Origin: Haplodiscus bocki
Taxonomy: Eukaryota
Direction: 5' to 3'
Length of the DNA stretch: 64,000 bases
Assembly (NCBI GenBank): GCA_965655095.1
Contig: OZ296649.1
Coordinates: 95,356,001 to 95,420,000, forward strand
Positions 27,101 to 37,088 of this stretch are shown one piece after another (within the stretch, counting starts at the first letter, position 1; every line of letters starts with the position of its first letter). Both the position numbers and the translations under genes were made by a program. The notes below the pieces were generated by a model. It had not been told where the DNA came from, did not search any database, and saw only the letters and a list, made by a program, of their open reading frames with translations.

Positions 27101-30100
27101 AACAAGTTATGTCAAATTTGTAAACTATCAAGATTCCGGAACATTTAGACTCTCTTGATTCCAACGCAAAGAACACATTCGGTAGTTTTATTAATTGGAT
27201 ACTAGTTTACAAAAGGAAGCTTCCGATCGAGAGCTTCATCTAATGAATCAGGCCTGTAGTAATAGAGAAACATAAGTCTGATTATCGAAATGTTCAATAT
27301 CAATAGCACCTTTTTCCAATTTCGGACATTCAAGCTTCAGATGCAGTCATTATTTGTTAAAATGAACAGCCCTTATCAAGTAGACATTTTTCGTTGGAAA
27401 CATTCGTTTGACAGAAAGAAATGGAGGCGGATGTTCAAGAAAAATGTGAGTTTGAGTATCCAAAAGTATCAAAACTAGTAGCAGTTTAACATTTTCGGCC
27501 AATCATCATTCCAACGCAAGGAACAAAATCGACAGTTCTCTAATTTACTAATCTTCTTGAAATGATATGCTGTTGACGGAGACCTTGATGAAATAAAGGA
27601 AGCATGAGATAATGAACACAAATGAGTTTGATTATCGAGAAATGACAAGACTAAAAGTACCTTCTTGGTCAGTAATCACCCCAACGAAAAAAAAACAAGA
27701 AACATCATATATTGGTTGCCTACTCACAAGTAAAAAAATTGTCGACTGAGACAGTGATGGAAAAATCAAGGCTATAGTTATTGGAATCATGATTTTGGAA
27801 AATGAGATACCCTACAACTAAGGGCACTTTTCGGCATTTTCGGTCCATCAGGAATCGAATCTGATGCAAATTACAAATCGTGATTCATCGAGCGCAAAGC
27901 CCTCCAAAAGTAAACAGCTGTCACGTCAGACCTTTATGGAACAGATAAAGCCTGTAGTAATGGAGAAACATAGTTTGAACATCCGAATGTGCCCATATCA
28001 ATGGCGCTTTCTAGCATTTTCGGACAATCAAGGTCAATCCCGGAACAAAATCACATTTTCGGAACAAAATCAATGATGTTTCCATTCAGGTGCGTTCTTC
28101 AAGTAAAAAGCTGTCCAATCAAACCTTGATGAAAGTGAGAAGTGAACACTGCAGTTTTGGAGATAAGTGTTTCAACATTATCGATTATCAACACCAATTG
28201 CTCATTTTGGCATTCCCTCAATGTGGCTATCACAGAACGACAAGTTCCAGCAGAGGTGCTTTCGAAGTGAATTTGTTTTTTGGCCCCGGAGAAACTAGCA
28301 AAACGAAAAAAATTGATACCAAAAAGTAGAAAGTAAACTTTTTGAGTTTTGTAAGAAAGCCATTTTTTTCTGAAATTTCAGTGATACATATGATTTGTTT
28401 CATTCGTGTCCGAAAACGCATAATTTTTGAGTCAAAAGATCCCAATTATCAAAAACTCTAAACACCGTCGGAAAAAATCCCTTTCTCTATTAGAAAAATG
28501 TAACCAGCATCTGAAAACATATAATGGATTCGAAGCCATTATCCGCGGGCGGCCTAACTGCGGTGCCACTGGACTTATATATTATACACGCCACCACCTA
28601 TTCTGCACTGCAAAACGAAGCCTGCGCGTCATGGGCAATTTCATGAAAAGCGTGAAAAAACTGAAGAATTAAATATTTTCCTTCCGAAAATTTTTTTCGA
28701 CGGAAAATATCAATGAAAAGGCACTTGAAAGTTAAATTAATGCTGATCATCCCACTTGAAAGTGAACGAATGTACATATAAGTTCGTTCACTAGCTACGC
28801 AAACTCGTACAAGGAAAAGTCACACCTGGGAGGTGGAGGTCCCAAAAAATATACAGAGTAATTATTCTACTCGCTCGGAACTTCATTTTTCCATTCTCTG
28901 TCGTTTTACCCGTGATTCAAGGCTGTTCGCTGCACCTTCCATTCGAGAATAGCTGAGGAAAAAAGGAAACGCAATTGGCCTTAAACAGTCGCTTAATGAC
29001 TGAAAAAAAAATCAATTTATTGCACGATGGGGGCGTGTTGTTGTAACGCGACAATCAGCGAGACTTGCGAAGAAAGTGAAATCAAGGAAATAAGCTCTCC
29101 TCGCCTTATGCCCAAAAAAAATAGCTACAGCAATAGCACGGCACTTTCAATTATTTAAAAAAGCCAAATGAAAAGAGGCCACTGTAATAGTCGAGCATCT
29201 AATTTCGTGAAACGCCGACTAGAAACTGCATACACTTGCAATCACATCACTTCGAGTAATAATTATTTGGAGTTCACACCACAATTTGTAATATTTTGTA
29301 TAGTTTTCACTGGTTTTTCATCAGTTCATTTTTCTATGCCAATACACGAGCGCCGAATGATATAGGCCAATTTCAAAAAGGCACAGGCAAGTGACGCCGT
29401 ATTAAGGAAATTTTGACAACTCTTTTGTGATAAACTTAAATTTAAATATATAAGGGACCAACATACCTGTGAAATTATTATGTTTATTCAGAACAACTTG
29501 GTGGAATAGTTTGTTTTTCACCAGCACGGCATTATCAGAAGCTTCGAAACTTGTTGTCTTCGATTGCTCTACCTTTTTCTTATTGCTTTCGCTGAGCAAA
29601 GCGACTCGACTTTTCATGGACGGCTTCTCTGGATGATGGCGGGATACATGGGCAGATAACCCTTGAGCCGTTTCGAAACTGCAACTACAGTGGGGACAGG
29701 CATGACAGTTTTCTGCGCTTTCTCCAAACAGTTCTCGGTGACAAGTCCTCAAATGCTGCAAATAGTTGGTTTTCTGGATGAATTTCCTATCGCACAACTC
29801 GCAAGTGATGCATTTGTCAGAGTTGGTGTCATTAGTTGCTTCGTGGATTTTCTCGTGTGTCTTCAAGCTACTTTTCTGACTGAATCCTGTTGCAAATACA
29901 TACTTAAATCGATGAATTATTTCGAATTGCATTTAACTAGTTTTCGAACTAATTGCAGTTTTTCCTAAGTCAAACTTGACAAAAAGTCTACTTCAAAAAA
30001 TGCAAGCCGTGGCTCACGTGAAAAAGATGTAATGAGAAACTCAAAATGCACACTTTCTACACTCACCCTTTAAACATAAAGAGCATTGGTACTTTTTCTC

Positions 30101-32475
30101 TTTTGTATGCACAACTTCATGTCTTTTGACTTGGCATGGCCTCAGAAAACGCTTTCCGCAGTAGCTGCATCGATTTTTGTCATCACTGGCAATTTTTGTC
30201 TGCTTTCTCTTATCTCCAGGCGGAAGCTCTCCCATTTCAGGGTCTCTTGTCCGACGACTGAACTTTTTGGCGAAGTTCTTCACCGCTGGATGTTTGCATT
30301 TCAATTGCACGTGATAAGATAGCGTCGTTTTTGTAAGGAAAAACTTTCCGCATAATTTGCATTGGACAGGTTTGTCCAAAGACAATTTTGGAAGCCTGCA
30401 AATAATAAAGCCCAATGGGGAAGACTCAGTAACTGAAAAATTGAAAAGATTCTTAATCTGTTCAATGGACATACAGAAGGAAAACATTGAAAGAAGATTT
30501 CAAAAATAGCGTATACCAAATGACCGACAAAATTATATAAGAGGCAAAGCAGTGCTTCGGAACACTTGTGCCAACGAAATATTAATGAACAAATCGACCA
30601 AATGAAACTGATTTTAAAAGGGCCTCGATACTACTAATACTACTGATAATAAGTGTACAGAAACTCAGTTGAGTCTTTTTTGAATTAAATTACTTTGTTG
30701 AGCGTTAAAACAAATCAAACGCACGGTAAAGTAAAAAAATCAAAGAAACTTAAAAACGAGAATTCTAGGGCTTCAATTTAAAAACAAAAGTAAAAGGTAT
30801 GCTCTCTGAAGAAACAGTTTCTGCGAGTACTACCTAGTTTTTATTTGCCTGGTTTAAAGATTCTTCTTATTGTGGCCGTCAAGAATTTTAGTTTCAGCGA
30901 GGACTTATTGTTGAAGAAAAAATTCCAATTACGAATATTCAGCAGAATTCGGATATTTTTATTTACGTGGCATTTGAATATCAGATGGTTTCAAAAACTC
31001 CACATTGAAAACATAAAGGGTCTGGAACTAAATCTTTCAACCATCTGTCTCGTTTGTCTGAGTTGCTTCCCATCAACAAACTGTATATATCATTCTTTGA
31101 AGTGGATGCACATTCTTCAATTTCCGAAGATTTCTCGAAAACTTGTTAAATTTTGCGGACTGATTCCCAATTTATTGGCTCGATCTGTTACACAAGAGAT
31201 TCCTACATCCTGTTCAGAAAAATTTCGAAGGATGCTGAACACAACTGATGTTTGCGAATCTTTTGAGATCTGAAATTCAAGTCCTCCCTGTTTGATACAA
31301 AATGTGCTGTCCGAAATGACAATTTTTTTTCTCGCCCAAATGCCTTTTTTTTCATTTTACAAAAGACTACAGAATTAATTCTTGCACATTTATATACAAG
31401 TATCAAACGCTGTAATATTTCATTCGCTTCATAGTTTTCTCAAAACACTCATTCCCAAGCGACAATAGTACAGTCAGATAGAGCACGAGACTTCGGCGCG
31501 AACGGCCCTAGGTTCGAGCCGAGGCCACTCCGCTTTCTTTGGTGAAGTCTAGAAACTTGCGTCAAGTAATGAATGGATCGGAAAAAAATTCAAGACTGTT
31601 TGTTATAACACTTGCTTGTGCAAGTGTAATAATTATATCTGAAAGAGTATTTTCCACATACAACTACAAATTAAGATGGCTTACTTTTCACCATTTAGAT
31701 GATCCATTTCATGAGACTCATACTCCGCCAAGTATTCGAAGCTCAGATCACACAATTCACAAGTAAACACTTCATCTTTTAGATGTGTCACCAAATGTGC
31801 TTTCCACTTTGAAACTCTGGAGAAAGACATATCACAACGAGTGCAGATTAACTTGTCAGAATCTTGTTTCCCATCTATTGAAGACTTCTCCCGTTCTGTG
31901 TTAAAAAAATGGCAGGCTTCCTGATGGATCTCAAGATTTTCTTCGCAATTGAAGCTGGCTGAACAATTACCACCAGAAAGATTACATTTGAATGGTTTTT
32001 CTCTTAAATGTTTTTTCCTATGTTTGAAATATTCAATGAAATTTGAACACTTTGTGTTACAGAAGGAACAGGTGTATGTTAAACAACCACCATTTAATTC
32101 ATCTTCAGCTTTGGTATCGACTTCGGTCTGAGACGCATGCGATATACTATTGTCCAAAACAGAGCGAGAAATTTCTGTAATCTCATCAGTGATGTCCAAA
32201 TTATACCACTGATTGTCAGCGGAAAAACTTTGCAAGATATCTCTTATTTGCCATTCGTCGAATCCAGTAGACGCCCACAGTGAGTCTAAAGTATCAACCT
32301 GTGATACCGAGTGTTCAGCAAAATCAGTAGAGAACATGCTTGACAAGAATCGGGGATCATCAACTGAAGTCTCGTTTGGGAAAAAATAAAAGTTGGAACT
32401 CTTAGGATTCAATACAGAGAAACCCATGTCTGGTGGTTTCAACGAAACAGGCGGGTTAGATTCGAAGTCCGCCAT
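5947..32475 (-). CDS. ZNF236: Multi-exon C2H2 zinc-finger protein, ZNF236-like (gene span; 8 coding exons, 1818 aa, 23 C2H2 fingers)
   Basis: Exons 32475-31685, 30395-30067, 29886-29467, 19424-19035, 18781-16376, 8966-8588, 8432-8219 and 6474-5947 all have GT-AG boundaries. Phases 2,1,1,1,1,2,0 match, the total is 5457 nt, and three fingers are only completed by splicing. Motifs I recall from ZNF236: FSRVSKWKAHLVTHLKDEVFTC, CGKEFKKSCDLVRHIRKHTNEKPY, LKDPLLVTSAG linker, RPFMCPYC. Orthology is from recall, not from a search. Confidence 0.8.
6807..7585. mobile_element. TIR-bounded non-autonomous element (~780 bp), copy 1 (intron 7)
   Basis: The ends TTTTAATTAATGCGAC / GCCGCATTAATTAAAA are inverted repeats. 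The body aligns by eye, reverse-complemented, to 20393-21122. Superfamily not assignable. Confidence 0.7.
8219..8432 (-). CDS. ZNF236-like coding exon 7
   Basis: Acceptor TTTGTCTGCAG|A completes YHIASH. CHLC and CRFC fingers; donor AAG|GTTTTT (phase 0, weak consensus). Confidence 0.8.
8588..8966 (-). CDS. ZNF236-like coding exon 6
   Basis: The frame of ORF 8563..8892 stays open upstream to the acceptor TTGTTGCAG|GT (phase 1, matching the exon 5 donor). CRDC and CKFC fingers with a TNERPF linker; donor GC|GTTAGT. Confidence 0.8.
9300..10000. repeat. Degenerate tandem repeat, ~175-bp period
   Basis: A recurring motif GGATCGCCGCAATCCCACC / GGATGGCCCCAATACCAAAC / GAAGGCCCCAGTCTAACC / GGATAGCCGCAATCCAATC occurs at ~9315, 9485, 9667 and 9836. 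Confidence 0.55.
14610..15051. repeat. Degenerate ~170-bp tandem repeat ending in a ~38-bp direct duplication
   Basis: AATTAGGTCTG(T/C)CA at ~14615, 14785 and 14951. AAATCTTGGACGTGTTCAG...AGTACTAAAA is duplicated at 14972-15051. Confidence 0.65.
15945..16072 (+). repeat. Dispersed repeat fragment, second copy at ~23555-23702
   Basis: CGCAACAC.TTCTGAC.TGTCAG.TGA and CACTTTCAAA.TACTACACC..TTGTCAA are shared. Confidence 0.65.
16376..18781 (-). CDS. ZNF236-like coding exon 5 (2.4 kb; finger clusters, long Ser/Asn-rich linker, two isolated fingers)
   Basis: 809-aa ORF. Acceptor TTGTTCTAG|TT gives (V)RHIRKHTNEKPY. Donor CAG|GTTAGT lies just before the ORF stop (phase 1). Confidence 0.92.
19035..19424 (-). 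CDS. ZNF236-like coding exon 4
   Basis: Acceptor TTTTTTTAG|TG and donor TAG|GTTAG. Ends in CQFCGKEFKKSCDL, which is completed by exon 5. Confidence 0.88.
20393..21122. mobile_element. TIR-bounded non-autonomous element, copy 2 (intron 3, opposite orientation)
   Basis: For example TTTGAAGTACTTGTTTTGGCAAAT and TACCTTTGTTTACTCTGATCT are reverse complements of segments in 6870-6965. Ends TTTTAATTATTGCGAC / GTCGCAATAAATAAA. Confidence 0.7.
21114..21147. repeat. (AAAT)n microsatellite, ~8 copies, at the element terminus
   Basis: Seen directly in the sequence. Confidence 0.9.
24378..24510 (+). repeat. Dispersed repeat fragment, second copy at ~30552-30680
   Basis: GTGCTTC..AACACTTG.GCCAACG...AAGTGTACAGAAA.TCAGTT is shared between the two sites. 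Confidence 0.7.
24566..24743 (+). mobile_element. tRNA-derived SINE, copy 1 (degenerate)
   Basis: A-box-like TAGCAGTCAGTAGAGC and B-box-like GGTTCCAGCC, followed by a tRNA-unrelated body shared with 31447-31632. Confidence 0.7.
24743..24901 (+). mobile_element. Right-end fragment of the same Tc1/mariner-type family as 610-3105
   Basis: TGTAAGCTAGGTGAAACTTGAAATAGACC...TTTGTCCAAAACATTTCTCACGAGAGTCCGAATCTTTTGTG matches ~2922-3096. Confidence 0.85.
26100..28250. repeat. Highly diverged tandem array, ~175-190-bp monomers (~12 units)
   Basis: The consensus-like motif TGTCGA..GAGACCTTGATGGAA.AATCAAG.CTGTAGT.ATGGAGAAACATGAGTTTGA..ATCGAG recurs at ~26140, 26505, 26843, 27020, 27220, 27570, 27740, 27918 and 28111. 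Confidence 0.65.
29467..29886 (-). CDS. ZNF236-like coding exon 3
   Basis: Acceptor TTTGCAACAG|GA completes CSLCLKGFSQKSSLKTHEKIH. Donor CAG|GTATGT. Confidence 0.9.
30067..30395 (-). CDS. ZNF236-like coding exon 2
   Basis: Acceptor TTTGCAG|G (phase 2) and donor AAGG|GTGAGT (phase 1). Contains CKLC and CSYC fingers and the first half of a CSLC finger. Confidence 0.85.
31447..31632 (+). mobile_element. tRNA-derived SINE, copy 2
   Basis: A-box-like TAGTACAGTCAGATAGAGC and B box GGTTCGAGCC (31511-31520). Shared body TCTTTGGTGAAGTCTAGAAACTTGCG and tail hairpin ACACTTGC-TTGT-GCAAGTGT. A third tail fragment lies at ~24985-25040. Confidence 0.75.
31685..32475 (-). CDS. ZNF236-like coding exon 1 (start, acidic N-terminus, fingers 1-4)
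   Basis: ORF 31681..32475, with an in-frame TAG upstream of the ATG. Acceptor TTTTTCAG ends at 32505; donor AA|GTAAGC at 31684 (phase 2). Confidence 0.88.
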
Positions 32476-33329
32476 TACCTCCGCTGCGTTCTAGCCCACT
32501 GTATCTGAAAAAGAATGAGATCCAGAGAAAAAATTGAACCAAATTGTTCAAACAATAATCTTGTAATAATGCGGCAAGTGACATTTGTCTCGGCCCTCAG
32601 ATATTTCGCTATTTTGTATCAATTGCATTGTGGGATTGTTGCTATTTATAAACGAGTCGCTTCATCTTTTCGAAATTACTTTTCCCGATGACAATCATGC
32701 GAAACCAAAACTTATTGAGTTATTGTTGATTTGCAGTCAAGCTGCCGGGATCTCTCCCTTGCATTTGTTTAGAATATCGCCCACTTATCCCTGCAGTCTT
32801 GAGAGTCGCAGCTCAGCTGCCAACAACACAAGTTGCCGGGTAAGTATTTCTTATTGACGAACATCCAAATGAAGTTAAGAACTCGGTTTTTTAGCCCTTT
32901 AGATGTTTTGGAGTCGATATAACATATCGTTTTGTTGAATATCCTGCATGTGCGGTGAAAAAAAATCACCCTTAGGTCATCCTGCTCTTCGTTTTGGCAG
33001 CTTCAATAATGTCATATTCCGGCTGTCTATTTCTATAAAATCTGGTAGCTCAATATTGTATTGTTCGTTTTTTGATACAACTTAGAGAAAAAGGATGTCA
33101 TTTAAATGTAGAAAAAGGAAGCGGAAGGATATTTAGAAGGTACAGCTGTTCGTTGTAGTGTAAATCTTTGCCTTGTGTGCCACAAACCCAATTAAATTAT
33201 TTCTTCTGAAAAGCTTCAAGATCTCGGATGCTCCCCTTTGTCAGATGTGCACAAGTCAGGCCATAACTGAAAATTGGCAGGAATATGGACTTGTACAAAC
33301 CCAGTTTAAGGACTGTTTTCACACGATAC

Positions 33330-34053
33330 GCAACGTTGCGCCGTAAGCAGTATGACATTTTGTTAGGCTTTGCAGGGGCGTCCTTGATGCGGTTAGACCA
33401 GGATAGATTGCCACTTACGAGAACATCTAATCTTGTGTCATTGTGAGTGTTCTGAGCGGCTGTATGCTCAAGATCTTTCGTTTTGATTCGCTTTCGAAAT
33501 TAACTTCGCATTTGTTGCAGGCTTTGTCCATTTTGTAATTTCTGCCCCATTTTTGATTCTCGATAAGTAATATTGGAAATTTGAGGTCATCGGAAAAAGT
33601 ATATATCACTGTTTTATGATCTCGGGTATATCGTTGATAAAGAAAAAGAAAAGCGGCCCCAGCAATGAACCTTGGGGTACACCGCTCAACAGTGTCAACT
33701 CTTCTGAGCAGTGGTTCTCCAAACCAACAAATTGCTTGCGTCCTTCCAAGTAGTCAAAGAGAATGTCGAATAGGACGCCGCCGACTCCGATTTTGTCAAG
33801 TTTCTGTAGAAGCGGTTTATGGGGTACGCAATCAAAAGCTTCGGAGAAGTCTGCATAAAATTCTATTACTGATTCATTTGAGTTGTTATCTAGTGCTCCG
33901 TGGATATCCTGCAAAAAATTTAGCTTGTTACTGAATACATGTCGTTTCCTAACGGAACCATGTTGATTTTTGTCATTTGCATTGCATTGTGGATCGTAAA
34001 TGGACTTTTCAAATATTTTGCTATCAACATTGAGTAGTGATATTCCCGATGGT
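33330..34053 (-). pseudogene. Non-LTR retrotransposon (CR1/L2/Jockey-group) reverse transcriptase fragment
   Basis: ISLLNVDSKIFEK, NQHG, YADFSEAFDCVPH, SGVPQGSLLGPLFF..IND and FSDDLK, interrupted by stops and frameshifts. Confidence 0.9.
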
Positions 34054-35699
34054 TTGTCAGGTTTATTCTATCCCCCTTTCTGTGTATGCATCACTGCTCC
34101 AAAAACAAAGACCACTACCACTACTATGTTTTGCCCGCATTCATTTCATGCTCAATATAATTCCAAGACTAAAATTGCGATTAACAAAGACTAGCGCTCA
34201 ACTGCAACATTTCGGTTTAAACGTTACTTCAGGCAAAAGAAACCCCCTCGAACAATCAAGAAACGAGGCGTAAAAATATCCTTACCTCTTTGCATTACTT
34301 TCATGAATAATTCTGCACATTGCTTGTAAAAGTGACTTCTATGCACATCCGATAACAGGCGTCAACGACAAGTTACATTTCAAAACATACACATTACGGC
34401 TGAGTGATATGCTCGCGGTAAAAGCTTCTCAAACAATCAAGGGAAACGTGCAATCATCTCTTGAGTGAAACTGTTTCCTCTAAGGATTTGATATGAATGT
34501 AACTTTTAGGAAGTATTCAAACTACTTCTAATTGTCGAGAAAAAAACCTATCAAAAAATTTTAACCTCAACTAAAATGTAGTGTGGTACATATTCAAGTC
34601 TCCTTGTGTTTGTGGTAATGCCAAATCTTGGTAACTTTCTATCCCTCCTTCCAGGTGAAAGGATTTAAATTTCACAAAGAAACTCGAAAAATTCCTATCT
34701 TTCAAGTCTGTTCTGCTGAAAATGTATCAAATTATTCTGATGGCAACGAAAACTGAGAAGGTGAACCAATTGAGTAATCATTCTGGTAACACAAACTGTC
34801 GGTTACTTTTGTTTCCCAGAGGTTGAATAATCACCAAAAAAGCAAAGAAAACAAAAAATGATTCTCTCGCTGAACAACTGATACGAAAAACTTATAACCA
34901 ATTCGAAACAGTTAACCCACTAAACTTCAATATGAAGCCGGTGCAAAAATTGTGTCTTTCTTTGAATTAACTTTCCGTACACGATGCACTAAAAACTTTA
35001 AAAAACCGTGCGAAGGAGATGTTTCTGCCATTTTTTTGTGGAAAACTGATAAAAAAATGCCAACCAAGCAAAAGTTTACTATCTGATAACTTGCAACCTC
35101 ATCGTCAAGCCTAGAAGTTTTAAAAGTAACTTGAGGAAAACTCCAATCTGACAAACAGCAATGGAACCAGGAAAAACCGCTAATTTCATGATTCGAAGGA
35201 CAAAACAAGCCCATCATTATAGAAACTGACAGCAACCAAAACAAAAACTTTATTGAAAAATTATATTTCTTAAGCCAGAGCAAAGACGTGTTTCCCTATC
35301 AAGCCAGGCAAAACGAAAAACCAGACTATGACAAAAATTGTTGCAAAACGGAGCAGTTTTCAGAACGTTGAGGCAAAAAACACGTAGAGACAACCTTTGA
35401 CAATGCAACCGGAAAATAGTGTAACGGAAACAAGACTTCGACCAACTTACATGAAAAAAAGTACCTTGAAATTGTTGGTGCCAGATGAAAAACTTCGATT
35501 TAGCAAGTTATTTTAAAACCAAAAAAAACTCGATGTTAAAGGCTCCAAATGTAAAAAAGCGATCACCAAAAAAAAGCGGCCGCGGAATCAAAATACTTTA
35601 TCCAACTGAACGGTGTCTCCTTGTTAAACTTGTGAAAAGTTAAAGCATTTTGGAGCCCAAAATGCTGAAAGCAATAACTTCTAATATCTAATATTTCAA

Positions 35700-36190
35700 T
35701 CAGCGTGAAAGTAGCCTTTTTCTACTCAACTGCGTTCCCAGTTTGTTCGAAATAGAAACGAATCGAAGCTTTGATGGAAGCATATATATACATGAGTCAC
35801 TGTATATCATGGGAAACATCGTTAAATGCTGGTACACTTGCAGTAAGGTTAGTGAGTAGTTCAACCCTGTTTTCCAACGTCTGCGCCATTGGTCAGTGAT
35901 AGATCCCGCAATTTGGTCATTAGTATACTCGAGAATGGTTTCCTTGTTCATAAATCGATTGTATCTCTTCAAACTTGATTCCAGTGATTTAGCTTGGCTG
36001 CGAGGTATACTAATCAATTTCAAGTGAGTATCCCGTACGAGACCATCATTCTGTCTAATTTTGATGGCGAATTTGATAGCTATGTTTTCGCAGTACATGT
36101 CAACCGGTGGTAATCCAGTCAATGCTTCACACGCCTCAATACAGGGTGATGGACCATGCTTGAAAATATTTCTCATAACATTGTTCTTGC
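35700..36190 (-). pseudogene. LINE ORF2 post-RT fragment (I/R1-like group)
   Basis: SPCIEACEALTGLPPVDMYCENIAIKF resembles the conserved 'T.P.EAL..LTGLPPL' post-RT motif. It is followed by a W-rich DQWRRRWK segment. Confidence 0.55.
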
Positions 36191-37088
36191 TGGCGAAGGT
36201 CAGAAAATATTAACATTAACATTGCTTAATGTAAGCAAAGAAAACGAGTGTATGAAAAAAGAGCTTTTATGACAAGCCGTTGAGAAAACAAGCAATTTCA
36301 AGACCTAAATGCATGAAAAAATCTTCGTTGATGACAAATGTTGTCAAAATGAAATATCAACTTGTTTTTAAAGTTTGTTTCGGACAAAAGCCTGTCGAAA
36401 AACTGATTGATTAAAACCAAAACTCAAAACAGATACGAGAGTTTCTTTGTCAAATCTGCGCTAAACATGGCTAAAATTGTCAAAATGTGTTTTCAAAAAC
36501 TTTCCGCATATTATTTCCTGAAAAATGTGGAGAAGAAAACAAATAATAATATTTAACGGAACTGATGCTTTTTGTTGTATGGAATGGCCACACTACCTGC
36601 GGAATAGTTTGATTAGCTTTATTACATATGTCGCGAACCAAACCAAAATTAAAATGACATCAAAATTTCTTGCCACAGAACCAATCGAAAAATTCATGGA
36701 TATCAATTGAGATTCAATATCTCAGAGCAGAGCGCCTTGCAAGAAGTTGTGCTGACTTTTGTTAAATGTGCTGACTAGGTAGAACAATTCATTTGTACTC
36801 GAGGTAAAATCCATCACATAGTTAGTTTGTCAGAATCTCTTGAAAGTCGGCTAGAAGACGTATATTTTCTGTATTAGCTTTTGACTGGTCGTGGCAGTTT
36901 CCAAAAGTTCCACGTAATCCTCAACAAATTAGCAAGAGCCCTTCGCCAGCGCCCCGAGGTAAAAAAAATGTTAATATGGTTAATGAAAAGTTAGTTCTAA
37001 CGATGTCTAACGAGGAAAGGCATTTTTTATTTACGTAAATGGGCATTGAATTTGTTGATTCTGTATGTAACAAGTTCAGGCAGTTTCG

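Noticed and set aside
31461-31535. Functional tRNA gene
   Set aside because: Acceptor and anticodon stems do not pair well, and the sequence continues into a body shared with another diverged copy, which indicates a SINE.
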